The translations under genes and the position numbers were made by a program. From Acidobacteriota bacterium (GTDB taxonomy: Bacteria; Acidobacteriota; Terriglobia; Bryobacterales; Bryobacteraceae): 64,000 nucleotides of DNA. Each line of letters opens with the position of its first letter. Position 1 is the stretch's first letter. Below are positions 1-9,616 of the stretch, piece by piece. Under the pieces are notes generated by a model, which was given only the letters and a program-made list of their open reading frames with translations, did not search any database and was not told where the DNA came from. The DNA is taken from NCBI GenBank assembly GCA_043718395.1, contig JAYSVS010000211.1, positions 1,166 to 65,165 on the forward strand. The letters are read 5' to 3'.

Positions 1-555
1 GGGATGACCGAGACACTAATGAACATCAGTAATCCCTATGTGGGAGAACGTCGCGCCGGCAGTGTTGGATTGCCGCTGCCCGGTATCTCAGTGAAGGTGG
101 TGGATGGCGAGTTGTTTGTGAAAGGGCCCAATGTGTTTGCGCGCTATTGGGGCAGGGAAGAAGCGACGCGGCTCGCGTTTGTCGATGGCTGGTTTCGGAC
201 GGGCGACATTGGTTCGATCGCCGAAGACGGCTATGTAACGCTGGCTGGCCGCAAGAGTGATCTGATCATCGCCAGTGGTTTTAACATCTACCCGCGCGAG
301 ATCGAGGAGTTCTTGCTTGAGCACCCTGAGGTGGCTGAAGTGGCTGTAGCGGGACAGCCGGATGCTGTCAAGGGGGAGGTGCCCGTGGCCTATGTTGTGG
401 CACGAGGGACTTGTGATGTGGCAGAGTTGGAGCGCAAGTGCAGGGCAGCGCTAGCTTCGTTTAAGGTACCGAAGGAGTTTGTGCTGGTGGACGCCTTGCC
501 CAGGAATGCCCTGGGCAAAGTCCAAAAGCATCTGCTGCCTAAAAGGTCAGCTTAA
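1..555 (+). CDS. AMP-dependent acyl-CoA synthetase/ligase, C-terminal part (5' end lies outside the window)
   Basis: The reading frame is open to the window edge and enters inside the conserved YGxTE-type motif (G-MTET). Downstream come WFRTGDIG, GRKSDLIIASGFNIYPREIE and C-terminal FKVPK...LPRNALGKVQK, which are typical adenylate-forming enzyme core motifs. Confidence 0.85.
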   Translation, partial: GMTETLMNISNPYVGERRAGSVGLPLPGISVKVVDGELFVKGPNVFARYWGREEATRLAFVDGWFRTGDIGSIAEDGYVTLAGRKSDLIIASGFNIYPREIEEFLLEHPEVAEVAVAGQPDAVKGEVPVAYVVARGTCDVAELERKCRAALASFKVPKEFVLVDALPRNALGKVQKHLLPKRSA

Positions 556-3500
556 GCGCACCCTGCCAGGAGCGGGGCGGGTCTTGACCGGTAATGGTAC
601 CGAACGCACCAGTTGTAACCCCGGTATTTGGGTTGGCGAGGTTGGCATAGTTGGCGACGTTGAAGGTTTCAGCCCGGAACTGAAGCTTCCAGCGCTCGGT
701 GATCATGAAGTTCTTGATCAGGCCGAAATCCCAGCGAGCCTGGATCGGGCCACGTATGCCATTGAAGCGGATAGGGAAGCGACGCAGGTTGGAGGCCAGT
801 TGTAGTGCGTTGTTGCGCTCAAAGCCGGCATTGACGTTGAACCACTGGTCGACGCTGCGCTGGCTCTCGGGCAGAAGAACGTTCTTGAGATCGCCGTTGA
901 AGATGACATTGCCGAAACCGAGCGGGGCGCCCGATTGGTATTGCATAGCGCCCGTGAGCTGCCAGCCACCGGCGGCACCGTCAACAAGCTTGTTCCAGTT
1001 GGTGCCCCAATGGCGGCCTTTGCCGAAGGGCAGTTCAAAGATTCCAGTAGACGTCAGGCGTTGGGTGCGATCCAGGTCTGAGACAACTTCGTAAGGACGT
1101 GTGTCCTGATCATTGAGCATCTCAGTGGCCTGCATGTTCTTTGACCACGTATAGGAAGTTTGAGTTGTGAAGCCTTTGCTGAAACGTTTCTCAAGACGCA
1201 TCTGCAGGGAGTGATACCAGGCATAGCCGATTGGCTCGTAGATGTTGACGTTGCCGAATTGCGGGAAGGGCCTCAATAGGCTCGCGCGATTAGTGTTGGC
1301 TCCGAAAATGGCGTTGGTGCCACGAAGCGGGTTAGGGAAATTCGCACCGAGATAGTTGATGGTGGTCTGGTCCCGAGTCGGGCTGGTGGAGAGATACTGG
1401 GCCGGCAAGAAGTTGAGGTTGCGCAGTACGTTGAGTCTCGTCGAGCGATTACCGACGTAAGAAGCTTCGAGAAGGAAGCCGCCGATTGTGCGCTGCATGC
1501 CCATGCTCCAGCGCTGGGCGTAAGGGTTCTTCCGTACGTTGGGGAAGGCGTTTACACCTTGCCCGATATTAGTAAGCAGGCCACCGGCGGAACCAGCGGG
1601 CTGAACCAGCCCTGCAGGGAACGGATTGCCTGTGCTTGCAAGATACGTCAAGCCGTTGTCGAGCGAAGCCTGAATTGGAGTGTTGAGGCTGAAGCCAGCC
1701 GGCTCGGTGTTCGTATAAAGCGTGCCGAGGGGTGCGGTGTAGAGGCCGTAGCCGGCACGAAGGATGGTTTTTGTATTGATCTGATAGGCGATCCCGAACC
1801 GCGGCATGAAGTTGCCCTTGGCGGTATTCCAGTAGCCGCGCGGATTGCCGTTGGCAGCGGTAAAGGTGAGCCCGCCGAGGACGCGGAACTGGCTGGAGGG
1901 CAGTTCGGGAATCGGGGCTGCGGCGTATTGAGTTTTGGCAAGAGCTTCAACTGGGTTGGGCGTGGTTGAGTCGAAGTTTCGGATAGCTCGGTTGTAGCGC
2001 TCGGTGGTTTCCGATTCGACTTCATAGCGCAAGCCGATGTTTAGTGTGAGCTTGCGGGAGAGCTTGTAATCGTCCTGAATGTAGAAGCCGTAGATGGAGT
2101 TGCGCTCTGCGTACGATGCATTCACGCCCATGGCACCACCAGGGACACCGAGCAGAAAAGAAGCAATTTCGCCACCGACTTGAGGAGGGGCGGCTGTATC
2201 GAGCGGGCCGCGAGTGAAGGTGGAGTTGAAGACGTAATCGGGTGATGTACCGTTCGGGAAACGGTTGCGATTCTCGCGCAGGTTGCGCCAGTCGAAACCA
2301 AAACGGAGGTTGTGCTTGCCTTTGTTCCAGGTGAGTGTTGAGTTCAGGTTGTGAAGTAGAGAGGCTGTTGTGCCGTCGCCGGATTCCCAATTGGAGGCAG
2401 TGGACCAAGGCGCGACGTTGAGCCGGGGGAAGGTTGCGGTGGTCTTGTCGATAGAGTTGACCAGGCTGGAATTCAATCCGAGGCTAGCCAGATTGAAGCC
2501 TTGCGAGACGCGCTTTTCCGGGAACTCCTGTTGGGTGAGTCCGTATCGAACGTTGAGCAGGAGCGAGGGGTTGATGACATAGACATCATCAAAAGCGGCA
2601 CCGCGATTGATGCGGTTGAGGATGACACCGCTGGGCTTGTCATTGCCGAAGAACCGGCTCTTGTCTTCCTGCCAATAGTCACGATGCATGCGGACGAAGA
2701 TACGGTGATTCTCAGAGAAGGCGTGATCGACTCGGCCGATGTTGGTCCAATAGGTTTCGAGGGCCTTGGTGGAGAGAAAGAAATTCTGACGGAAGTCCGA
2801 TGTCCCCGTTTGGTTGGGCAATGGGAAAGCTTCGAGTAGCTTCTGTCCCACAGGATCAAGCCGCGAGCTTGGAATGATGTTGCCTGGGATGGGGTTGCGC
2901 TGAAAGCGCCCACCGGCGGCGGCTGTTGTCGAGAAGGGGTCGTAGACCTGATTATTTGCGTTGAGGCGGAGCAGGGGCGAGAGGTCGCCACGGCGCATCT
3001 CGGCTGTTGGCACGGTAACTACAGCTGCACCATTAGGGTCGCCGAAGAGGTTTGCTTCAAAGGCATAAAACCAGAAGGTACGATTTTTGCCGGAGTAGAC
3101 CTTGGGGATCGAGAGAGGGCCGCCGGCGGATCCACCAAAGCGGTTGTCCTGATAGAGCGGGAGCTTTTGCCCAGTGCGGTTCTGGAAGATCGTGGGGGCG
3201 TCGAGCTTGGAATGGCGGAACCATTCGTGAAATTCGCCATGCAGCATGTTGGAGCCGGACTTGGTGGTGACATTTACGTTTGAGCCAAGCGAAAAGCCAG
3301 CGGAAGCGTCAAACGCGGCAGTCTGTACTTTGAACTCGGCGATGGATGTTTGCGGTGGTGAGAAAGCGACGCGCGGGGCCGTGCCATCAGAGTAAACATT
3401 GACGACGCCATCAATGGTGAAGTCGTTGTTATTGTTGCCGGTGCCGTTAGTACCGAAGGAACTGGGCGCGGCGTTAAAGGGCGCTTTGCGAAGGCGAAGG

Positions 3501-3997
3501 TTGGTGCCGTTGACTGTGCCGGGGGCGAGGTGGACGAGGTCCATGGCGTTGCCGGCAAAGAGAGGAAGTTCTTCGATACGGCGCTGGTCGATGACCTGAC
3601 CCAGCGAGACGTCGGCGGCATTAAGGAGCGGTGTCTCGGCTTTGACTTCAACCGATTCGCTGACTTGGCCGATTTTCATTTCGATGTCGATGATGACGGT
3701 CTCAGTGGTGCGAACCTGGACGCTTGAGCGGACCATTTTTGAAAAACCTGAAGCTTCTACTTCGACGTTGTAGTTGCCAGGGTTCAAGTAGGGAGCGCGG
3801 TAGTCACCATTCTCGCTGGAGTTGGTTGAGAGCGTGAGTCCAGTCGCGGTATTGGTGATCTTGATGGAGGCATTGGCCAGCGGGCTAGCGGAGGCATCGG
3901 TGATACGCCCGAGGATGATTCCGCGTGGGTCCTGGGCTGTTGCGACCAGCGCTAGAAGCATTAGCGCAAGTAAATGGAGACGATTGAAAATCCTCAT
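539..3997 (-). CDS. TonB-dependent receptor-like outer-membrane protein with an N-terminal carboxypeptidase-regulatory-like domain
   Basis: Signal peptide MRIFNRLHLLALMLLALVATAQD, followed by a CarboxypepD_reg-like segment (GRITDASASPLANASIKITN...GNYNVEVEASGF). The body is over 1100 aa, beta-rich and G/N/S/T/Y-rich, and ends in ...ALKLTF. I prefer the ATG at 3997 to the ORF-track start at 4030 because it gives a clean signal peptide and removes the overlap with the upstream stop. Confidence 0.85.
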   Translation of the reverse strand: MRIFNRLHLLALMLLALVATAQDPRGIILGRITDASASPLANASIKITNTATGLTLSTNSSENGDYRAPYLNPGNYNVEVEASGFSKMVRSSVQVRTTETVIIDIEMKIGQVSESVEVKAETPLLNAADVSLGQVIDQRRIEELPLFAGNAMDLVHLAPGTVNGTNLRLRKAPFNAAPSSFGTNGTGNNNNDFTIDGVVNVYSDGTAPRVAFSPPQTSIAEFKVQTAAFDASAGFSLGSNVNVTTKSGSNMLHGEFHEWFRHSKLDAPTIFQNRTGQKLPLYQDNRFGGSAGGPLSIPKVYSGKNRTFWFYAFEANLFGDPNGAAVVTVPTAEMRRGDLSPLLRLNANNQVYDPFSTTAAAGGRFQRNPIPGNIIPSSRLDPVGQKLLEAFPLPNQTGTSDFRQNFFLSTKALETYWTNIGRVDHAFSENHRIFVRMHRDYWQEDKSRFFGNDKPSGVILNRINRGAAFDDVYVINPSLLLNVRYGLTQQEFPEKRVSQGFNLASLGLNSSLVNSIDKTTATFPRLNVAPWSTASNWESGDGTTASLLHNLNSTLTWNKGKHNLRFGFDWRNLRENRNRFPNGTSPDYVFNSTFTRGPLDTAAPPQVGGEIASFLLGVPGGAMGVNASYAERNSIYGFYIQDDYKLSRKLTLNIGLRYEVESETTERYNRAIRNFDSTTPNPVEALAKTQYAAAPIPELPSSQFRVLGGLTFTAANGNPRGYWNTAKGNFMPRFGIAYQINTKTILRAGYGLYTAPLGTLYTNTEPAGFSLNTPIQASLDNGLTYLASTGNPFPAGLVQPAGSAGGLLTNIGQGVNAFPNVRKNPYAQRWSMGMQRTIGGFLLEASYVGNRSTRLNVLRNLNFLPAQYLSTSPTRDQTTINYLGANFPNPLRGTNAIFGANTNRASLLRPFPQFGNVNIYEPIGYAWYHSLQMRLEKRFSKGFTTQTSYTWSKNMQATEMLNDQDTRPYEVVSDLDRTQRLTSTGIFELPFGKGRHWGTNWNKLVDGAAGGWQLTGAMQYQSGAPLGFGNVIFNGDLKNVLLPESQRSVDQWFNVNAGFERNNALQLASNLRRFPIRFNGIRGPIQARWDFGLIKNFMITERWKLQFRAETFNVANYANLANPNTGVTTGAFGTITGQDPPRSWQGALKLTF

Positions 3998-4016
3998 ATT
4001 AGTTGTCTGTAATGTA

Positions 4017-6053
4017 TCAGAATTGTACATTTGATAGCCGCCAAGCCTGCAGGAGTTGCTTCAAGCCCTGCTTGGCAATCAAGGCCGATGCCCGGTCAGC
4101 ATCAGCGCTTTTTTCTTTGAGCAGCGCTTGCACGAGGCCCTCTCGCAGCCAGCTTGGATGCGCTGCAGTGGTGTTCGATTCAAGCAACGCATGAAGGAGT
4201 TCGTGCCGGAGTGTGAGGGGTTTAGAATTGGGCGGCAGTTTAATGTGGCGGCCCCGGGTTGCGCCATGGATTGGATCAAGGATGCCGGTAGCATCGCGGA
4301 AGGCCTCGCGGCTCGGGTAGATGCGAATGACAGGATTGGCTTTGAAGCCGGTGAGGTTTTCAAGGGCGCTGAGTTCGATTTCCGCCTGGCCGAGGAGTTG
4401 CTTATCCCGCCCTGGATTGGTGGTGAAGAGGGTGATGCGAGAGGTTTTGAGTGAAGTCCATTTGAGGCCGGTTGCGTTGATGCCGATGCGGGTGCCTGGA
4501 TAGTATTCAGCGAGGATCTCTGCGTGGGTCTTTCCCATGGCGGCCATCAGTTCAGCGCTGTTTTGGGGCAGACCGATGCCGTGACCACGTCCGATGCCTG
4601 TGAATGTGAGGGCCTTCTGTTTGAGACTAACCTCAAAGAGTCGCGACGGGAGTTTCTCCCAGCCGATAGTGCGACCGACCAAGAGGCGAAAGGCAGCGGC
4701 TTCGGCTGGGTGGCCGAAGACATCAAGCGAGCGGGCCCGCCCGGAGGGTTCTCGACTGGTGACTCGAAAGGCCGGTTTGATCACAGAGAGATTGAGTGCC
4801 GAGGCCAGTTGAGCGATGGACGTAGACCAGGTCCAGTGTGCTTCTGGTTGATCTTGCCACCAGGGATCTTTGCGCTGCTTGAGGTATGCTGCATCGTCGG
4901 CAGACTCCAGCCATCCGCCCGAGTCAGCGTGATAGTAGGTGGCGGCGGGCTTGCCTTCAAACCAGAGGAGTTCGGAAGTGGTGGCTTCGACGGCGCCGCG
5001 AAGTTCCTTTCGCTCGTTGGTGGTGAATCGTGCGTCCTGGCAATGTGTCGTGTCGCAAAAATCGAAGCCCTCTTCAGAATGGCGATGTCGAAAGTGCGCT
5101 GCATAGGTACGGGCGGCTATGGCCATGGCTTGTCTTGATGCGTTTGCTTTGAACCCGCCCGCCTCCCCATGAAGGACCGCGCTTACGTATGCTTCCAGCG
5201 GCACTTGGACGGTAAGCAGATATCGATTGTCCTTGAGTGCAACCGTGAGAGAGCCTGGGGCGGTGAGCTTGGTGACGCCAGTGTCGATAAGCGTGCCTGC
5301 GGGGTAATTGCCTGGCCTGAGGTTGAGCGATGCTGGAGGGTTTTGCCAAAAGAGCCGCAAACTAACGGTGGATGGATCGAAGGTGCTGGGCTTGCTCGCA
5401 AACAGACTGCTGAAGATTTTGGCGGCGTACGGCGCTGCATCGCCGCCGCCAGAGCCGGAGTCTAGGTGGAGCACGACGAGATAGCGTGGTTGTGCGGCTG
5501 GGGCGTAGCCGACGAAGAGAGCAGATCTGTTGGTGGTGCCGGTCTTGCCTGCAACAGTTGTGGCGGGGATGGCGGCCAGTCTGGCCGTGCCATAGCTGAC
5601 GGCTTCTTCCATTCCAGCAAAGATCGGGCGGAGGCGTTCCTCGCGGTAACGGGCGACCAGGCGCTTGGTCCCGTTCAGCAGATCGTTGAGCGTGAGTGTG
5701 GGTGAACGATAGCTGAGGCCAAAGCGCGCGTAGCCTCGTTCGAGGTCTGCTGGATCCATGCGGGCAATGAGTTGATCGAAGAACTCATTGTTCGAATAGG
5801 CAAGGGCTTCGGGGGCCTTTAGCGCAGGTTTGTAAAGACCGGCTTCAATGAAGGCCGCTAGAGTGAAGAGCTTGAGCACAGAGCCCGGGCGCAGGGGAAC
5901 TGTGTTGGCTCGCGGCTGGTTCCACCAGGCGATCACCTTTGATCCCTTGAGATCGTAAACCAACGCGGATCCCGAGCGGCCACTCAACAGAGGCTTCAGG
6001 TCTTGAGACCAGGCAAGGGTCGCGAGCAGTATCCATGCGCTGAAGCGAAGCAC
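4017..6053 (-). CDS. Secreted three-module cell-wall enzyme: PBP-transpeptidase/beta-lactamase-like module, SpoIID/LytB module and a C-terminal HExxH module
   Basis: GTG start and signal peptide MLRFSAWILLATLAWSQD. The N-terminal module carries SVLK (SxxK), YSNN (SxN) and KTGT (KTG). The central module carries YYHADSGG and GRGHGIGL, which are typical of SpoIID/LytB. The C-terminal module carries RHELLHALLE (HExxH). Confidence 0.75.
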   Translation of the reverse strand: MLRFSAWILLATLAWSQDLKPLLSGRSGSALVYDLKGSKVIAWWNQPRANTVPLRPGSVLKLFTLAAFIEAGLYKPALKAPEALAYSNNEFFDQLIARMDPADLERGYARFGLSYRSPTLTLNDLLNGTKRLVARYREERLRPIFAGMEEAVSYGTARLAAIPATTVAGKTGTTNRSALFVGYAPAAQPRYLVVLHLDSGSGGGDAAPYAAKIFSSLFASKPSTFDPSTVSLRLFWQNPPASLNLRPGNYPAGTLIDTGVTKLTAPGSLTVALKDNRYLLTVQVPLEAYVSAVLHGEAGGFKANASRQAMAIAARTYAAHFRHRHSEEGFDFCDTTHCQDARFTTNERKELRGAVEATTSELLWFEGKPAATYYHADSGGWLESADDAAYLKQRKDPWWQDQPEAHWTWSTSIAQLASALNLSVIKPAFRVTSREPSGRARSLDVFGHPAEAAAFRLLVGRTIGWEKLPSRLFEVSLKQKALTFTGIGRGHGIGLPQNSAELMAAMGKTHAEILAEYYPGTRIGINATGLKWTSLKTSRITLFTTNPGRDKQLLGQAEIELSALENLTGFKANPVIRIYPSREAFRDATGILDPIHGATRGRHIKLPPNSKPLTLRHELLHALLESNTTAAHPSWLREGLVQALLKEKSADADRASALIAKQGLKQLLQAWRLSNVQF

Positions 6054-6081
6054 TCTTCTATTTTGACCCCGGCGGTATCGA

Positions 6082-9000
6082 TTAGAACAAGATCTTCATC
6101 ACCAACACGACTTGGCGAGTTTGATTGTTCTGCGCCGGATTGAGCTGACCGAAGCGAGGGTCAGTGACGTTATTGCTGGCCTGCTGAGCAAAGTGGGCGT
6201 AGTTGAGGGCGTTCTGGAAGTCAGCCCGAATCTGCCAACGTACCTTCTCGAAGAAGCGGAATTCCTTGTAGGCCGAGATCTCCCAGCTTTCAAGATGGCG
6301 GCTGCGTACATCGGCGAAGCGAGTGGGGAAGTCTCTGAGCGTAAACGGAGCTTGAGCCTGACGAGGAAACAAAGTCACGTCATAGTATTTGTCGAAAAAG
6401 GGATTGAACTCTGATCGGCCTGCTGCTTTGGCGAGGTCGTTGCGCTGATCTTCGCTCAGCTTGGCACTGCGATTGGTGAGCGGCGAGGCATTGGGGAAGT
6501 CGAAAGGGCCCCCGCTGCGGATCATATATTGGACGTTCAGATTCCAGCCACCCACGATGGCTTGGCCCGCTTTATTGATCCCAGAAAGGAGCTTCTTGCC
6601 TTTGCCGAAGGGGAGCTCGTAAGTGACAATGCTGGAGAAGGTGTGAGGGATGTCGAACTGCTGCAAGCGCTGCTCTGGACGAGTGTTGAGCAGGTTGGCG
6701 ATGTCTGTATCCTGCGCATTAAGGAGGGTGACTCGCTCGAGAGTTTTTGACCAGGTGTAGGAGATTTGAGCAGTGAAGCCATTCGCATAGCGACGGGTGG
6801 CGCGAGACTGTAGCGAATGGTAGTTCTGTGAGCCGATCGGAACATTGCTGATACCCACCTGACTAAAGTGCGGGTAGGGGTTCAAGAGGGTGGAGCGTGG
6901 AACGGTCGCGCCGTTAATGGCGCTGCCAGGGAGCCTGCCACTCAGCGGATTTGCTACAGCTGCATTGAAAAAAGCCGCCCGCTCAGCAAGTGGCAGGCGA
7001 GTGAGATCAGCACCAGGTATGAAATTCAAGTTCACTGAAACGGGCAATTTCTTGGTCAGGTTGCCGGAATAACTGACGTCCACTAGCCAGGTATTCAGAA
7101 AGGTGTGCTGAAAGCCGGCCGAGAATTGCTGAGAGTAGGGGAGCGGCCGATTCAGGTACTGGGCACCCACTCCGAGTCCGAGATTGGTTGAGAGCCCCTG
7201 ACTGCTTCCAATCGGTTGCAGCAAGCCAGATGGGAAAAGACTCGCAGGGAAGGGGTCGTTGATGAAACTGGATGGAGTGAGGTTGGAATCGAGGCTTGGA
7301 ATAACGGCCGTGGGACGGCTAAAGCCAGTGTCTGCACCGCTGGCATTCTGGCCCAGGTAGCTCAGCCCATAGCCGGCGCGGAAGACCCATTTGGGCAAAA
7401 ACTGCCAGGCTATCCCAACGCGCGGTTGCCAGTTGTTCAAGTCACGCTTGAAGGCTTCCCTGTTAGCACCGTCTGCGCCGGCAAAGAGCAGACCACCCCT
7501 GAGTTGCAGACCCTGTACTTGCGATTGCAATGGGCTGGTCTGATCAAAGGCGAAGCCGCGGACTTGCCGGTTGTAGCGCTCAACAATCGGTGCCTCGTAG
7601 TCCCAACGGAAGCCCAGGTTGAGCGTGAGCGTACGCGTAATCTTCCAGTCGTTCTGGAAAAAGAAGGCCATGTAGTCGTTGCGGTAAGCAGGCCAGACGT
7701 TCTTCTCCACATTGCCAGAAGAGATCGTGCCCGTCAGGAAAGTAGCCATCTCGTTGCCACTGGTCGCATCAGCTCGTTGTGGATCGCGCTGTGTCCAGTT
7801 GCGGCCGAAAGTGTAGTTACCGCTGGCCGAGCCTGGGTTGTGATTGTTGGAGTTGTAGCGACGGAATTCGGCACCGAGCTTCCAGGATTGGCGGCCGCGT
7901 ATCCAGGTTAGATTCGGCTGGATCGAGTATGTATCTTGTGTTTCATAATTGGCTGTGCGCGTTGAGCCCAGAGGTGAGTAGTTGTTCCCAGAGAAGTTAA
8001 AGCGCGGGAATTGCAGCACGTCAAACTGACTGGCAAGAGACTGAGGAAAGCCAAGGTCAGCGGGATTGAAGCCCCGGCCAAAGGTGTTGCCAGAAAAGCC
8101 TTCATAACGGGCGAGGCCACCGCGCAGATTGAAAACCATGGACGGGCCCAGGGTATAGGTCCAGTCTGCCCCCCAGTTGCGGGAGATGCGGGTCGAGGGT
8201 GCTTCGGTAGAAGGTTCGGCTGCGTTTGTCCCCCACTGCACGCGAGCGAGGTTGAACCAGGGTGTCTGACCATAACGCCAATTGATGCGGCTCTTGGAAC
8301 TCAAAACGTAATCCATCTTGCCGAGCCATTGATCGTATTCATTTCTTGAACTATTGATAAAGAGGTAGTTATTCTGGCCGTCGGGGCTTTCGCTGACGCG
8401 GTTGGGAAGTGGAAAGAATCCTACGGCGCGGGAGGCCAAAGGGTTGATGCGCTGGCGCGGAATCACATTTCCAGCGAATGGTTGCCGGGCAGTAATGCCG
8501 TTAGTTGAATGCGGGTCAAAGATCGCAATCTGCTGGTTGGTGTTAGTGACCAGTTTCGAGAAATCACCGTTGCGCTGGTCGGCCGTCGGAACGGTCCAAA
8601 GTTGTGTCTGCGGGTTACGCTCGCGCAGTCCTTCGAGTGAAATCATCCAGAAGAGTTTGTTTCTGCCGTCGAACACCTTTGGAATGAAGACCGGGCCATC
8701 GACCCGGAACCCATAGGTGTTATTTCGATAGGGAGGCCGGGCAATACCCACCGCGTTGCGTGAATAACCATTGGCGTTGAGCTTGTCATTCTTGAAGAAC
8801 TCGAACAGCTCTCCATGCAGCTTGTTTGTGCCTGAACGCAAGTTGATCGATGTTGTGCCGCCCCCCACGCGGCCGTATTGTGCATCGTAGGTATTGGTGA
8901 TGATGTTGACTTCTTCGATCGCCTGTAAGCCAGGAGCAAAAGACGCACTTCGGCTTCCTCTTGTTGAGGTGATGCCATCAAGCAGGATCTCGTTTTCACC

Positions 9001-9552
9001 ACTGCGGCCACCATTTATTGATACAGCATTGATGTTGCCGAACGCGTAGAGTTCGTAATTACCCCAGTAGTTGCTGTTCTTGGTGACGCCAGGCAATGTG
9101 TACTGAAACTGGAAAAGGTTGCGGCCTGCCGTTGGGATATCTGAAATGAGTTTCTGCTCAATCGTTCCTGAACGAAGCGCCGTCTCTGTTTGCAGTAGCG
9201 GCGTCTCACCAGTCACCGTTACGCTTTCGCTGAGTGAACCAACTTCAAGCTTCACGTTGATGCTCAGACGATCAACGGCGCTCAATTGAATTGAGTCTCG
9301 AAGGGAAGGTTTGAATCCTGCCTTTTCAAAGCGTAGAGAATACTTGCCGGGAGGCAGAAATGGTGTGACATAGCGGCCGCCTTCATTGGTTTGGCTGGTG
9401 TATTCCACATTTTGGCCGAGGTTGCGGGCGGTGACCCTGACACCGGGTGCGACAGCTCCTGTGGCATCTGTAACATCTCCAGAAATGACAGCACGAAAAT
9501 CCTGTGCCAGGAGTCCTGTGGCGAGTAAACCTAAAGTTGCGACGCGGATCAT
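6082..9552 (-). CDS. TonB-dependent receptor-like outer-membrane protein with an N-terminal carboxypeptidase-regulatory-like domain
   Basis: Signal peptide MIRVATLGLLATGLLAQD, then VISGDVTDATGAVAPGVRVTARNLGQN...GKYSLRFEKAGF. The product is 1156 aa and ends in ...VMKILF. It is a paralogue of 539-3997 and 46343-49495. Confidence 0.85.
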   Translation of the reverse strand: MIRVATLGLLATGLLAQDFRAVISGDVTDATGAVAPGVRVTARNLGQNVEYTSQTNEGGRYVTPFLPPGKYSLRFEKAGFKPSLRDSIQLSAVDRLSINVKLEVGSLSESVTVTGETPLLQTETALRSGTIEQKLISDIPTAGRNLFQFQYTLPGVTKNSNYWGNYELYAFGNINAVSINGGRSGENEILLDGITSTRGSRSASFAPGLQAIEEVNIITNTYDAQYGRVGGGTTSINLRSGTNKLHGELFEFFKNDKLNANGYSRNAVGIARPPYRNNTYGFRVDGPVFIPKVFDGRNKLFWMISLEGLRERNPQTQLWTVPTADQRNGDFSKLVTNTNQQIAIFDPHSTNGITARQPFAGNVIPRQRINPLASRAVGFFPLPNRVSESPDGQNNYLFINSSRNEYDQWLGKMDYVLSSKSRINWRYGQTPWFNLARVQWGTNAAEPSTEAPSTRISRNWGADWTYTLGPSMVFNLRGGLARYEGFSGNTFGRGFNPADLGFPQSLASQFDVLQFPRFNFSGNNYSPLGSTRTANYETQDTYSIQPNLTWIRGRQSWKLGAEFRRYNSNNHNPGSASGNYTFGRNWTQRDPQRADATSGNEMATFLTGTISSGNVEKNVWPAYRNDYMAFFFQNDWKITRTLTLNLGFRWDYEAPIVERYNRQVRGFAFDQTSPLQSQVQGLQLRGGLLFAGADGANREAFKRDLNNWQPRVGIAWQFLPKWVFRAGYGLSYLGQNASGADTGFSRPTAVIPSLDSNLTPSSFINDPFPASLFPSGLLQPIGSSQGLSTNLGLGVGAQYLNRPLPYSQQFSAGFQHTFLNTWLVDVSYSGNLTKKLPVSVNLNFIPGADLTRLPLAERAAFFNAAVANPLSGRLPGSAINGATVPRSTLLNPYPHFSQVGISNVPIGSQNYHSLQSRATRRYANGFTAQISYTWSKTLERVTLLNAQDTDIANLLNTRPEQRLQQFDIPHTFSSIVTYELPFGKGKKLLSGINKAGQAIVGGWNLNVQYMIRSGGPFDFPNASPLTNRSAKLSEDQRNDLAKAAGRSEFNPFFDKYYDVTLFPRQAQAPFTLRDFPTRFADVRSRHLESWEISAYKEFRFFEKVRWQIRADFQNALNYAHFAQQASNNVTDPRFGQLNPAQNNQTRQVVLVMKILF

Positions 9553-9616
9553 GGCCTGAATTTATCGTTTCAGGGCGGAAATGTAAAGCGATGACCTATG
9601 GTGCTATCTTCTCTTC

